Shown here piece by piece: positions 37,461-46,855 of a stretch of 64,000 nt of DNA. The notes below the pieces were generated by a model. That model ran no database searches. It was not told the DNA's origin and saw only the letters and a program-made list of their open reading frames with translations. How positions within the stretch are numbered: the stretch's first letter is position 1; each line of letters starts with the position of its first letter. The position numbers and the translations under genes were made by a program. Origin of the DNA: a bacterium (GTDB lineage Bacteria; Zhuqueibacterota; Zhuqueibacteria; Residuimicrobiales; Krinioviventaceae); NCBI GenBank assembly GCA_963693055.1, contig OY843751.1:5600001-5664000 (forward strand), written 5' to 3'.

Positions 37461-38570
37461 ATGACTAAAAAGAGCATTCGAATAATGAATAATACGAATA
37501 CATTGGTTAACTTGATTTCAGATATCTGTAATGGTAGCTATTGCCAGGCACAGCTTGTGCAATTCATCAACCTTACAAAAAAAATATCCCTGGGATATTT
37601 GAAATACCAGGAAGTAATTGGTAAACGTATTTCAGGTGAACGCAGTGAATCCTATTCTGAGCTGGATGATGTGGCACTGGATTGTATTGCCGAGTTGTTC
37701 AGTGGAGATGGCAATGGATGTTTTCCTCAATTACAGAAATATTATGAACCCTTTCTGAGTGAAGCCAACATGACAGATGCAGATATTCTGGCCCAAACCC
37801 GTCGGTTGGTTGTACGCAAGACCAAGCAAGAGCTGTCACGAATTTTTCGCGAACGTGACCCTGAAGGCGCCAAGATTGTTCGTAACATCAAGGTCGCCAT
37901 TCGCAGCTCGGAAAAACTAGACATGTTTAGAGATCTGGGCAAAGAATTTGTTTTTTACAAACAAGGTATTGATATTCGCAATGAAGGTCCCGCAAATCCG
38001 GATGTGATCTCAGAATACCTGAGACGCGAATCTTCTCCCATGCCCGAAGATGTACTGCACGCACGCTTTGTTGATGTTTATAGTCCAAATGACTCTATTT
38101 CCGGTGCTATCAAAAAACTATTAAAAACGGTACATGAACTGGATGATTACCAGAACTTTTTAGCAATGGATGTTATTGTTAAACTGATCCGAAACATCAA
38201 GTTTAGTGTTTTTCGTGAAAAACTTGCCGCTGAAGACAAGGTTCCCACTCCTCTCGATCAATTGGAATCACAGGAAATTGAAAGTTATGTTAACGTGGTA
38301 ATGGATCAGGTTAACAGCAAAATCGATAAATTATACATCGGTTCTGGCAAATTGAGCCAAGACAGAGCCAGAATTTACTCTATGGCCCTACGAGATGTTT
38401 TGTTTGATTTATTGCAGAAAAAAGACAGTTCCAGTTATTATCGTAACCTGAAATACTATTTACCTGATCTAACCCAGTCAGATTATAGAAAAAATGAACG
38501 GACGATTTTTGAATATTTGGCCAAAGTTGCCAAGAAAAATTTTAGAAATCACTTGAAAGCTTTATTATAA
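37461..38570 (+). CDS. Hypothetical helical protein, possibly a divergent sigma70-like factor
   Basis: Long clean ORF. The track start 37419 lies inside the sigma54 box, so ATG 37461 or 37485 is preferred. LDDVALDCIAELF...RRLV.RK..Q.L.R recalls sigma region 2. Confidence 0.6.
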   Translation: MTKKSIRIMNNTNTLVNLISDICNGSYCQAQLVQFINLTKKISLGYLKYQEVIGKRISGERSESYSELDDVALDCIAELFSGDGNGCFPQLQKYYEPFLSEANMTDADILAQTRRLVVRKTKQELSRIFRERDPEGAKIVRNIKVAIRSSEKLDMFRDLGKEFVFYKQGIDIRNEGPANPDVISEYLRRESSPMPEDVLHARFVDVYSPNDSISGAIKKLLKTVHELDDYQNFLAMDVIVKLIRNIKFSVFREKLAAEDKVPTPLDQLESQEIESYVNVVMDQVNSKIDKLYIGSGKLSQDRARIYSMALRDVLFDLLQKKDSSSYYRNLKYYLPDLTQSDYRKNERTIFEYLAKVAKKNFRNHLKALL

Positions 38571-38637
38571 ATTTCCGTAAAATTAATCGATTGCCTGTAT
38601 GTTATGATTAAAAATATCAAACAAGAGCATAACATAC

Positions 38638-39282
38638 ATGAAAATGTCCAAAACAACCTGTCCTCACTCCCTTCAATATGAAACGTTGTACCTCAACAAC
38701 GAACTGGGAAAGATACTGGTCAACGATCCTGAACACCACCTCTATTCCTGCCCGGACTGTCAAAAATTTATCAGTGATCTTGACGCAATGTATTCTTCTA
38801 TTTTAAACGAAACATCGTATCCCATTACCAACTCTTTACTGGATTTTGTCTGCAAAGTTTCGCCATATTCCAGCTTGAAAGGCTTGTTCTCTTGTACCCC
38901 TGCCCCCAATCACAAAGATAGACATCACAAAATCTATCAAATGCAGGATATCTTTGTGCAGACATCCTTTGATAAAAAAATCCAGTTTAACGATTACAAG
39001 CAAACCATGCAGCAATATCCTTTATCCGTTCGGATATTAACAGACCCTGCAATAGAGTGTGTTTTGCTCTTTTTCTGGAGTAAATCACAAATAGATTTCA
39101 CCAAATGGCGGTTGACAATACCGGGAATTATTTCAGATTACAGTATTTCATCAAGCGGAACAGTCATTATACCCGGCAAAGAGATCAAAGACTTACAAAA
39201 CAAGTCTTTATACTTGCAAAAATATATTAAACCTGTCAGCCCCAAAATGGTAAATAAAATACAGGAATGCATTCAGGCCTAA
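38638..39282 (+). CDS. Soluble protein with N-terminal zinc-binding anti-sigma-like (zf-HC2/ZAS) motif
   Basis: CP....Y...EL.......EHHLYSCPDC (HxxxCxxC); no evident TM helix. Confidence 0.65.
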   Translation: MKMSKTTCPHSLQYETLYLNNELGKILVNDPEHHLYSCPDCQKFISDLDAMYSSILNETSYPITNSLLDFVCKVSPYSSLKGLFSCTPAPNHKDRHHKIYQMQDIFVQTSFDKKIQFNDYKQTMQQYPLSVRILTDPAIECVLLFFWSKSQIDFTKWRLTIPGIISDYSISSSGTVIIPGKEIKDLQNKSLYLQKYIKPVSPKMVNKIQECIQA

Positions 39283-39330
39283 GTCTTTATTTTACAAGCA
39301 CCAAATTTATTGTGTTTACAACCTAAAATT

Positions 39331-39357
39331 GCCGGATGTGTTCCGGCTTTTTTTTTT
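39331..39357 (+). terminator. Intrinsic terminator
   Basis: GCCGGA-TGTGT-TCCGGC followed by T10. Confidence 0.85.
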
Positions 39358-39370
39358 GAAATAAAACATC

Positions 39371-39399
39371 TTGACTTGATAAATAATTTTAAATACATT
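39371..39399 (+). promoter_or_regulatory. Candidate sigma70 promoter of the receiver-DUF4388 operon
   Basis: TTGACT-N17-TACATT. Confidence 0.6.
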
Positions 39400-39463
39400 T
39401 TAAATTGAGTATAACTGTTTTATGACATTAAACATTTTACAAAAACCCCGGCTTAAAAAAAAT

Positions 39464-41220
39464 ATGAAACGCCATAGTCTGATAATCGTCAATAGAGACA
39501 AAAATAACCTTGAAGTGCTAAAAAACAATTTTGTTGAAGCATATTTTGAGGTAGACCTGGCATATAATGATACACAAGCCATGCATATGGTTAGCAAGAA
39601 ACGTTATGATGCCATGCTTACCGAACTGTCTGCTCCGGGTATTGATGGTTACAGCTTGCTGGAAATGATACAAAAATCGGCATTAAACACAGAAACCCCG
39701 GTTATTTTCCTTACTACCAAAAGCGATGTATGGAACCGGGTAAAAAGCTTGCAACTGGGAGCCAAAGACTATATCATTAAACCCATACACGTCAAGGAAC
39801 TTGTAGCACGGGTTAATATGCTCATTGCCAGAATTGAACGAAAAAGTGAAGAAGAGCAGATTGTTAAAAGAAATTTACAGGAAAACTGGAAGATATTTCA
39901 GTATTTGACCTTATCAAAGTCTTTGGTTTGGAAAAAAAGACCGGTATACTCTCTTTATTCAAGTACAATGGATATACAGGGCAAATCTTTTTTGAAAACG
40001 GGAATATTATTAATGCTGGAACTCTTTTACTAAACGGTGAAAAGGCCGTTTTTAAAATGATGACATGGAAAAAGGGGCTTTTTTCCATGCATTTTTGTGA
40101 TATCGACGTTATCGATGAAATCAAAGTAAGCAACCTGGCTATTTTATTGCAAGGAGCGATGAGAATGGAACAATCCGAAAAAATCCAAAACAACCTCCCC
40201 TCTTTGGATTCCATTATTACTACAACGTCCAATTTTCAAAAGATAACAGCCAAACAAGAATTGAAAAACGAATTACAGCAATTCCTGGAACTTTTTGATG
40301 GAAAACGAAGTCTGGGGCAGATTATTGATGACAGCAAATCTGACGAAATTGAAACCCTGCAGCGCATAAAAAAACTTTTAGATATGGGATTTCTGAATAT
40401 CAATAACGACACAGCCAGCATGGAACCCCTGGAATCTATTCAAGAAATTGAACCTCAAAACAACAAATCTTCTAATCCTCTGCTTGATGACTTGCTAACC
40501 GAAAGCGATTCTTATACCGAAAAGGTCCCTGAACCAGATTATAGCGATATTACTACAAATTCATCACCCTTGATGGATCCGTTAAAAAAACCAGTCCCTG
40601 TTGATGTAGCGGTTAAAGAATCACCCGCGGAAGTCTCTGCTGTTCCTGAATATGTTACAGAGGTTGTTGCGGAACAACATACGGAAGAAAAAAGCGACAA
40701 AGAATCTCTACATGCACTGTATCGCCAGGCCAAAGGCAATATTCTGATCATTAGCAAAGATCACACTCAGAGCAAGCACATTGTAGACAATCTGTCAATT
40801 GCCCAACCCGTTCTAAGCAATGTCAACATCCCCAACGTTTCAGATATCTATTTTGGCACGGCTTCATTCAAGGGCAATGCTTATTTGAATCTTACCACAT
40901 TTTCTACCGAAAAAGAATTTGATCCATTGTTAGATTATTTCGCATCAAAAACACTAGGCTATGTATTGCTGGTAGACATACAACGCGCCAACTGGAATTA
41001 TTACCATTACCTGCTCAATGTTTTGCGCAGAAAATTATCAGTGCCCTCTGTTATTGTCATTTCAAACAAAGGACTCGATTCCAATTCCATTACCATTGAC
41101 GGAATACGTTCAAAACTATTGCTAAAAAGCACAGAAAAGATCATGTTCTGTTCAGACTTTAACCAGGCAAACTCTAAAAAAATCATTTTTTCACTGTTTA
41201 AAAACTATTACCATAAATAA
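39464..41220 (+). pseudogene. Atypical receiver + DUF4388/PATAN + winged helix + degenerate small-GTPase domain, split by a -1 frameshift near 39866-39875
   Basis: Receiver is in the 39422/39464 frame. The DUF4388 start KFTGKLEDISVFDLIKVFGLEKKTGIL is in the other frame from 39871. One extra A in the A4 run 39866-39869 restores a single ORF. Confidence 0.8.
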
Positions 41221-41225
41221 TAACA

Positions 41226-42416
41226 ATGCTATCAAGACCAGACAATAAAAAATCAATTCTTATTATTGATCAACCCGGGCCTGAATTGGATCAGCTCATC
41301 CAAAACTTGCAGGAAACCCGGTTACAGGTAGTACATATTGAAGACAGTCAAAAAGCCTGTGATTATTGTCTGCGCAATCAACCCGCAGTTATTATTACCG
41401 AACTGGCTTTTCCCAATTTTAGCGGAATACAATTTTTTAGACAAATTAAAAGCAACTTTATTACCAGCCAGATCCCTGTCATTGTTACCACCAAAGAGCC
41501 TCAGCTAGATGACCGCATCAAAAGCATGCAAATGGGTATTGATGACTATATAGTAAAGCCATATCATCCCGAAGAAGTTGTAGCCAGGGTCCATATCCTT
41601 TTAAATGAAGTTAAATCTTTGGACAAAAACAATACGGTTTTATCTCATGGATTCAAGGGCAATCTTGAAGAGATGAATGTTGTTGACATCATTAAAGCCA
41701 TGGAATTGGGTAAAATGTCCGGTATTATTTATCTAAACCGTGGGTTCAAAGAAGGTCAGATATTTATCAACCAGGGTCAAATCATTGACGCATTGATAGA
41801 AGGTTTTGAACCCGAACAAGCGCTTTCTCACATGTTGACCTGGTTAGAGGGTTCATTCTGGGTTTCTCTGCAAAATATAGATCGTAATAAAATGATCAGC
41901 ACCAACAATAAACATATTCTCTCTCATGGAACCAAAATGATCCAAAAATGGCGCAACATTGCTCGGCAGCTTCCTCCCATGAACACATCTCTTAAAACCA
42001 GCGATTCCGCGTCTGGCAGACCGGTTTCACCAATTGAAAAACAAATGCTGAATCACTACCATCAGCCCAAAACCATTATGCAGGGGATTGAAGAAAGCAA
42101 GCTCGACGATATTCATGCACTTGAATTGATTCGGGGACTGCTATCCAAAGGTCTTTTGGTTGCCAGACATGCACATTCAAACGCAGATGACCCTTTTGCA
42201 AAAATTGTTTTTGAACAGTTACAAAAAGAAGTAAACCAACAAAAAGAAACCTTTTCCGACATTACCTCTTATTTTATGCGAAATGCAGACAATACAACTC
42301 AAAGTACAGAGGGAGCTTTACTAAAACCGGAATATTCTAAAAACTCCAAAAAACCCTACAAAGTCTACTTGTCTCTTTCAGACTTGAAACGCATTAAAAA
42401 CAAATTATCTCAATAG
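41226..42416 (+). CDS. Atypical receiver + DUF4388/PATAN + winged-helix protein
   Basis: Receiver with IITELAFP in place of LLD..MP, and DDYIVKP; FKGNLEEMNVVDIIK...KMSGII...G.I.I..G.II.A. Confidence 0.85.
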   Translation: MLSRPDNKKSILIIDQPGPELDQLIQNLQETRLQVVHIEDSQKACDYCLRNQPAVIITELAFPNFSGIQFFRQIKSNFITSQIPVIVTTKEPQLDDRIKSMQMGIDDYIVKPYHPEEVVARVHILLNEVKSLDKNNTVLSHGFKGNLEEMNVVDIIKAMELGKMSGIIYLNRGFKEGQIFINQGQIIDALIEGFEPEQALSHMLTWLEGSFWVSLQNIDRNKMISTNNKHILSHGTKMIQKWRNIARQLPPMNTSLKTSDSASGRPVSPIEKQMLNHYHQPKTIMQGIEESKLDDIHALELIRGLLSKGLLVARHAHSNADDPFAKIVFEQLQKEVNQQKETFSDITSYFMRNADNTTQSTEGALLKPEYSKNSKKPYKVYLSLSDLKRIKNKLSQ

Positions 42417-42430
42417 ACGGGGCACTTTTA

Positions 42431-42928
42431 ATGAAAGTCGGTGAAATTCTGGTTGTGGGATCAAGCGGAACATCACATCCCAATATCTTGCATGCAGTTT
42501 GTGATCAGGTCATGAAGTCTGATCAGGAAATTTTATTTGGAAAACTTGGCATTGGTCCTGAACTGACATTGTTTTTATATGCCATTACATCCAACAGAAA
42601 CAAGGCAACCATTGCCTGGGACCTCATCGCAAGGAAAATGATTGGTTCCATTATTGTTTTTGACTGGAATAATACGGAATCTTTTGAAAATGCAAAACAC
42701 AATTTGAGCTTGTTCAACCGAAAATTTGATGCCCCCTGCATTTTAGCAGCAGATGTAAAAAATAATCCTTTACCGGTTAATCCCAAAATTGTCAATCCTT
42801 TTGTTTCATTATCTCCCAAGGAAAAATTTAAATTTTTTAATGGTAGAAACCCTAAAAGTATAAAATCTCTATTGATATCGCTAACAGATGTAATAAGTGC
42901 GTATGCGTATCAGGATGAAATCGTATGA
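42431..42928 (+). CDS. Degenerate small GTPase-like protein (CvnD/MglA/ATP_bind_1-like fold)
   Basis: EILVVG, FGKL.I...L.LFLY, WDLIARKMIG.IIVFD....SF, P.ILAA. P-loop GSSGTSH lacks GK[TS]. Confidence 0.65.
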   Translation: MKVGEILVVGSSGTSHPNILHAVCDQVMKSDQEILFGKLGIGPELTLFLYAITSNRNKATIAWDLIARKMIGSIIVFDWNNTESFENAKHNLSLFNRKFDAPCILAADVKNNPLPVNPKIVNPFVSLSPKEKFKFFNGRNPKSIKSLLISLTDVISAYAYQDEIV

Positions 42929-43269
42929 CAAAGCAAAATCCTTTAAAACCAGAGATCAAACTCGAGATTCTAAAGCGCATCATCAAGGCAGAACCAGTTG
43001 GACCAATGATAGACGCCTTAAATCCGCACGAGATCATCCAGGTACACCGATTTGTACTCGAACGGGCCATGGATTTTGGTAAAGCCATCAAAGGTCCATC
43101 CTTTTCCAGCAGTGATATTACCAAATACATCAAGCCAATAAATTATGAAAATTTTGAAACCTCCGGTTCAGTAGCAGGTGACAAAAATCTGCTGGCAGCT
43201 CTGGAAACCACCCGCAAGCAAATTGATATCATTGTTAAAATTGCCCACCAATATGCAAAAATGGGATAA
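42925..43269 (+). CDS. Hypothetical protein
   Basis: 114-aa ORF with ATGA overlap to the upstream gene. Confidence 0.6.
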   Translation: MTKQNPLKPEIKLEILKRIIKAEPVGPMIDALNPHEIIQVHRFVLERAMDFGKAIKGPSFSSSDITKYIKPINYENFETSGSVAGDKNLLAALETTRKQIDIIVKIAHQYAKMG

Positions 43270-43310
43270 ATAATCCTGTTTTTTCATTCAAAGGATATGT
43301 ATACTGTATT

Positions 43311-44231
43311 ATGAAAAGGCTATTTTGCATAATACTGTTTCTTGTTATTGGAACCTTAATCCCACCAGGTATTTCTGCTCCAAATGAATTCTTGATCCAG
43401 CAAAAAGAGAAAATCAGAGTCTATTATGCTCTAACAGACTCTGCAAATGCACGTATTGCTCTTGATAAGATGCTCGGATATTATAACGAAATATCTCATG
43501 ACCTTAGTATAAAAAATACTGACACATTACACATATATATCATACCTTCCCGCCAAATGTTCAAAGAAATCATTGACGGCCAACTTCCAAACTGGACGGG
43601 TGCATTTGCGTCACCAGCAAGCAACAGCATGTATGTTCGATCTCCCAATTGGGAGCATGACAGCAATTTCATCACCAACCTGGTCCATGAGCTGCTACAT
43701 TTGGTCATACATGAAAAAATGGGTGTTGCTCGTCTACCCCGCTGGATGGATGAAGGTCTGGCCATCTTTTATTCAAATGATTACAAATGGATATACAGCA
43801 CGGCGTTGTCAAAAGCTTTTGCAACGCGTTCTGTGCTGCCGCTTTATGATATTGATCGTGTTCTCAGTTTTCATCGGGCAAGAGCAGAGCTGGCATATCA
43901 GCAAAGTTACTCCGCTGTACAATATCTTTTGGCTACCTATGACATCGATGCAGTCAGAACAATTCTGTCAAGCCTGCAAAATCATGATTCTATTGACATG
44001 GCTTTTCAAAACGCTACCGGCAGTACATATGCTGTATTTGAAAAAGAGTGGCTTGACTATGCAAAAAAGAAATACAAATGGACCTGGTTGAACGATTTTG
44101 ACTCATATATCTGGACACTTATTATAATACTCTTCTTTATAGCAGGAATTGTTATAAGAATTCGTAACAGAAAAAAACTCGCAGAATGGGAAAAAATACC
44201 TCCCGACATTGAACTGTTAGATGAAGAATAA
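43311..44231 (+). CDS. Peptidase MA-family (gluzincin-like) metalloprotease, exported with C-terminal anchor
   Basis: Signal peptide; HELLH, then PRWMDEGLA; C-terminal TM segment. Confidence 0.85.
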   Translation: MKRLFCIILFLVIGTLIPPGISAPNEFLIQQKEKIRVYYALTDSANARIALDKMLGYYNEISHDLSIKNTDTLHIYIIPSRQMFKEIIDGQLPNWTGAFASPASNSMYVRSPNWEHDSNFITNLVHELLHLVIHEKMGVARLPRWMDEGLAIFYSNDYKWIYSTALSKAFATRSVLPLYDIDRVLSFHRARAELAYQQSYSAVQYLLATYDIDAVRTILSSLQNHDSIDMAFQNATGSTYAVFEKEWLDYAKKKYKWTWLNDFDSYIWTLIIILFFIAGIVIRIRNRKKLAEWEKIPPDIELLDEE

Positions 44232-44269
44232 TCAGTTGTATTCATTCCTGTTATTTCATATATTTACCA

Positions 44270-45187
44270 ATGAAAAATTTCAAGAATAATTTTGAATATT
44301 TCCTGGTATTAGCTGTTGGAAAACTTATCCGTATCCTGCCACTTTCTGCCGCATTGACTGTTGGCAAAGGTATTGGATTGATGTTCTATTATGTAATTCC
44401 AGTCCGTAAAAAAGTAGCAATTGAGAACCTAACAAACGCATTTCCTGAAAAATCTCTTCAAGAAATTGATCAAATCGTTAAAAACACATATATAAACCTT
44501 GCCCGCAACATGATAGAGTTTATGCGGACCCCCATTCACACCAAAGATTTTTTAGACTCGCACGTACATTTTGTTAATCCGGAAATACTAGATCAGGCAT
44601 ATGCGCAAAATAAAGGCGGCTTGTGCTTAACCGGGCATTTTGGAAACTGGGAATTGATGGGTGCGGCAATCTCGTCCAAAGGATTTCCCATGACAGGATT
44701 GGCAAAAGAACAGCGAAATAAAAAAGTGGGGAAACTCGTCGAAGACTATCGTAAAAAAACCAACCTGGGTACCATCCCCATGGGAATGGGTGTTAGAGGT
44801 GTTTTAAAAGCATTAAAAGAAAAAAAATTCGTGGCCATAGCATCAGACCAGGATGCACATTCAAAAGGTGTATTTGTAGATTTTCTGGGCAGACCATCAT
44901 CCACTGCACCTGGCGTTGCAACTTTGGCGTTAAAATCATGTGCGCCCATCATTTTTGGGACCTGTGTTCGTGATAAGGGTGGACATCATACCGTATACTT
45001 GGAACTGATAGATCACTCGGATCTTGAAGGCGTTAATGAAGAAAATATAAAAATCCTTACCCAGCGTCATGCAACCGCACTTGAAAAAAATGTACGGAAA
45101 TGGCCCGATCATTGGTTATGGATGCATAAACGATGGAAAACCAAACCTCCTGTAGAAAATGTATCGGAACCGGTAAATGGATCATAA
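44270..45187 (+). CDS. Lipid A late acyltransferase (LpxL/HtrB family)
   Basis: HFGNWE, DQD, VDFLG, PDHWLWMHKRWKT. Confidence 0.93.
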   Translation: MKNFKNNFEYFLVLAVGKLIRILPLSAALTVGKGIGLMFYYVIPVRKKVAIENLTNAFPEKSLQEIDQIVKNTYINLARNMIEFMRTPIHTKDFLDSHVHFVNPEILDQAYAQNKGGLCLTGHFGNWELMGAAISSKGFPMTGLAKEQRNKKVGKLVEDYRKKTNLGTIPMGMGVRGVLKALKEKKFVAIASDQDAHSKGVFVDFLGRPSSTAPGVATLALKSCAPIIFGTCVRDKGGHHTVYLELIDHSDLEGVNEENIKILTQRHATALEKNVRKWPDHWLWMHKRWKTKPPVENVSEPVNGS

Positions 45188-46208
45188 TATACTGGTTATT
45201 CAAACTGCATTCATTGGTGATGTAATACTGACAACTCCTCTGCTGCAAGCCATAAAAAACATACATCCCGATGCTGAAATTGATGTAATTGTGGTTCCAA
45301 ACTCAAAAAATGTGTTGGAAAATAATCCAAATATTAATAATATTATAGAATATGATAAACGCGGTAAAGACAAAGGTTTTTTCAACTTTATTAGCCTTGC
45401 AAAAGAACTGAGAAAAAGAAAATATAAAAGTGTTATCATACCCCACCGATCCATGCGCAGTGCTGTTCTGGCACTGTTGACCGGCTCAAAGACACGAATC
45501 GGTTTTGATAAAAGTAGCGGATCCTTTTTATATACAAATTCTATAGCCTATCAATCAACGCTCCATGAAGTTGAAAGGAATCTGAATCTTTTACAGGATA
45601 TTGATAGTAAAATTATAAATAGCTCCGGGCCGCGGGTATACCCGGATGAAAATGATTATTCTGTTGTAGAAAATCATTTAGAAAATTTATCAGATACCCG
45701 CGCACTGGTTGCTGTGGCACCCGGTTCCGTTTGGAACACAAAAAAATGGCCGCAAAACCATTATCGTGAACTGGTTAAAGGACTGATTAATAAAAACTTG
45801 AATGTGATATTGATTGGAGGTCCTGATGACAAAAACCTGTGCAGCGATATTATGGGTAACTCGGATAGACGCAATGTCTTAAATCTGGCAGGTAAGTTAT
45901 CATTAAGACAATCTGCAGCAGTCTTGACCAAATGCAAGACATTGGTTTGTAACGATAGTGGCACTTTGCATTTAGGTGTAGCGGTTAACACAAAAGTCAT
46001 TGCCATTTTTGGCCCAACCGTACCCGCCTTTGGATTTTATCCCTATGGTAGCGGGCATACGGTGATTGAACATAAAGGTCTGAATTGCAGACCCTGTGCT
46101 ATTCACGGAAGTAAAAAATGTCCTATTGGGACCCATGTTTGCATGACAGAACTTGAGCCCCAAATGGTTTTAGATACATTACTAAATGTTATAGAGGTAA
46201 ACAAATAA
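45177..46208 (+). CDS. waaF: LPS heptosyltransferase II (GT9)
   Basis: FIGDVILTTP, APGS.W.TKKWP, NDSG.LH, IFGPT, CRPC. Confidence 0.85.
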   Translation: MDHNILVIQTAFIGDVILTTPLLQAIKNIHPDAEIDVIVVPNSKNVLENNPNINNIIEYDKRGKDKGFFNFISLAKELRKRKYKSVIIPHRSMRSAVLALLTGSKTRIGFDKSSGSFLYTNSIAYQSTLHEVERNLNLLQDIDSKIINSSGPRVYPDENDYSVVENHLENLSDTRALVAVAPGSVWNTKKWPQNHYRELVKGLINKNLNVILIGGPDDKNLCSDIMGNSDRRNVLNLAGKLSLRQSAAVLTKCKTLVCNDSGTLHLGVAVNTKVIAIFGPTVPAFGFYPYGSGHTVIEHKGLNCRPCAIHGSKKCPIGTHVCMTELEPQMVLDTLLNVIEVNK

Positions 46209-46213
46209 AAAGC

Positions 46214-46855
46214 ATGAGCAACATACTGAAAATAGACAATATCCATCCAGAGTCCGATCTTATTGCTCGCGCAGCAAAAATTCTGAGAAATGGCGGTGTT
46301 ATTGGATATCCTACAGAAACGGTCTATGGTGTAGGGTGCAGTACATATATTGATCATGCGGTGAACCGTGTCTATGATCTTAAACATCGGGATAAAAGCA
46401 AAGCAATGATCCTGATTGCGGCAGACATCCTCCAGGTCAGTGATATTGTTGATGAAATTCCCGATGCCGCTGAAAAACTAATGGAAAATTTTTGGCCTGG
46501 CCCCCTCACCATTGTATTCAACACCTCCTCAGCTCTCAAAGATTTTGAATTTGGGCGATCCAAAACAATTGCTATACGGATCCCAGACAATCCCATTTGC
46601 CTCTCTTTATTAAAATTTACAGGATTTCCCCTGGTTTCTACCAGTGCTAATATTTCCGGGCAACCTGCAGCAACCACCGCTCAGGAAGTTGTCAATTACT
46701 TTGGAGATCAACTAGATCTGGTAATAGATGGGGGTATTACACCCTCTACAGATCCATCAACTGTAATTGACGTTACACGCAATCCTGCACGTATTATCCG
46801 GGAAGGTGCAATAACTCCTCTTGAAATAGGCACTGTAATCGACCTGGGATTTTAA
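46214..46855 (+). CDS. tsaC: L-threonylcarbamoyladenylate synthase (TsaC/YrdC-type)
   Basis: PTETVYG, K.R, WPGPLT, IRIP, STSANISG, PSTVID. Confidence 0.93.
   Translation: MSNILKIDNIHPESDLIARAAKILRNGGVIGYPTETVYGVGCSTYIDHAVNRVYDLKHRDKSKAMILIAADILQVSDIVDEIPDAAEKLMENFWPGPLTIVFNTSSALKDFEFGRSKTIAIRIPDNPICLSLLKFTGFPLVSTSANISGQPAATTAQEVVNYFGDQLDLVIDGGITPSTDPSTVIDVTRNPARIIREGAITPLEIGTVIDLGF

Noticed and set aside
39928-41220. Independent gene starting at TTG 39928
   Set aside because: DUF4388 similarity begins about 19 codons upstream of this TTG, so it is the 3' part of the frameshifted gene.
37461-43269. Single operon joining the sigma-like pair and the receiver-DUF4388 genes
   Set aside because: A strong terminator (39331-39357) and a separate sigma70-like promoter (39371-39399) lie between them; any functional link is unproven.
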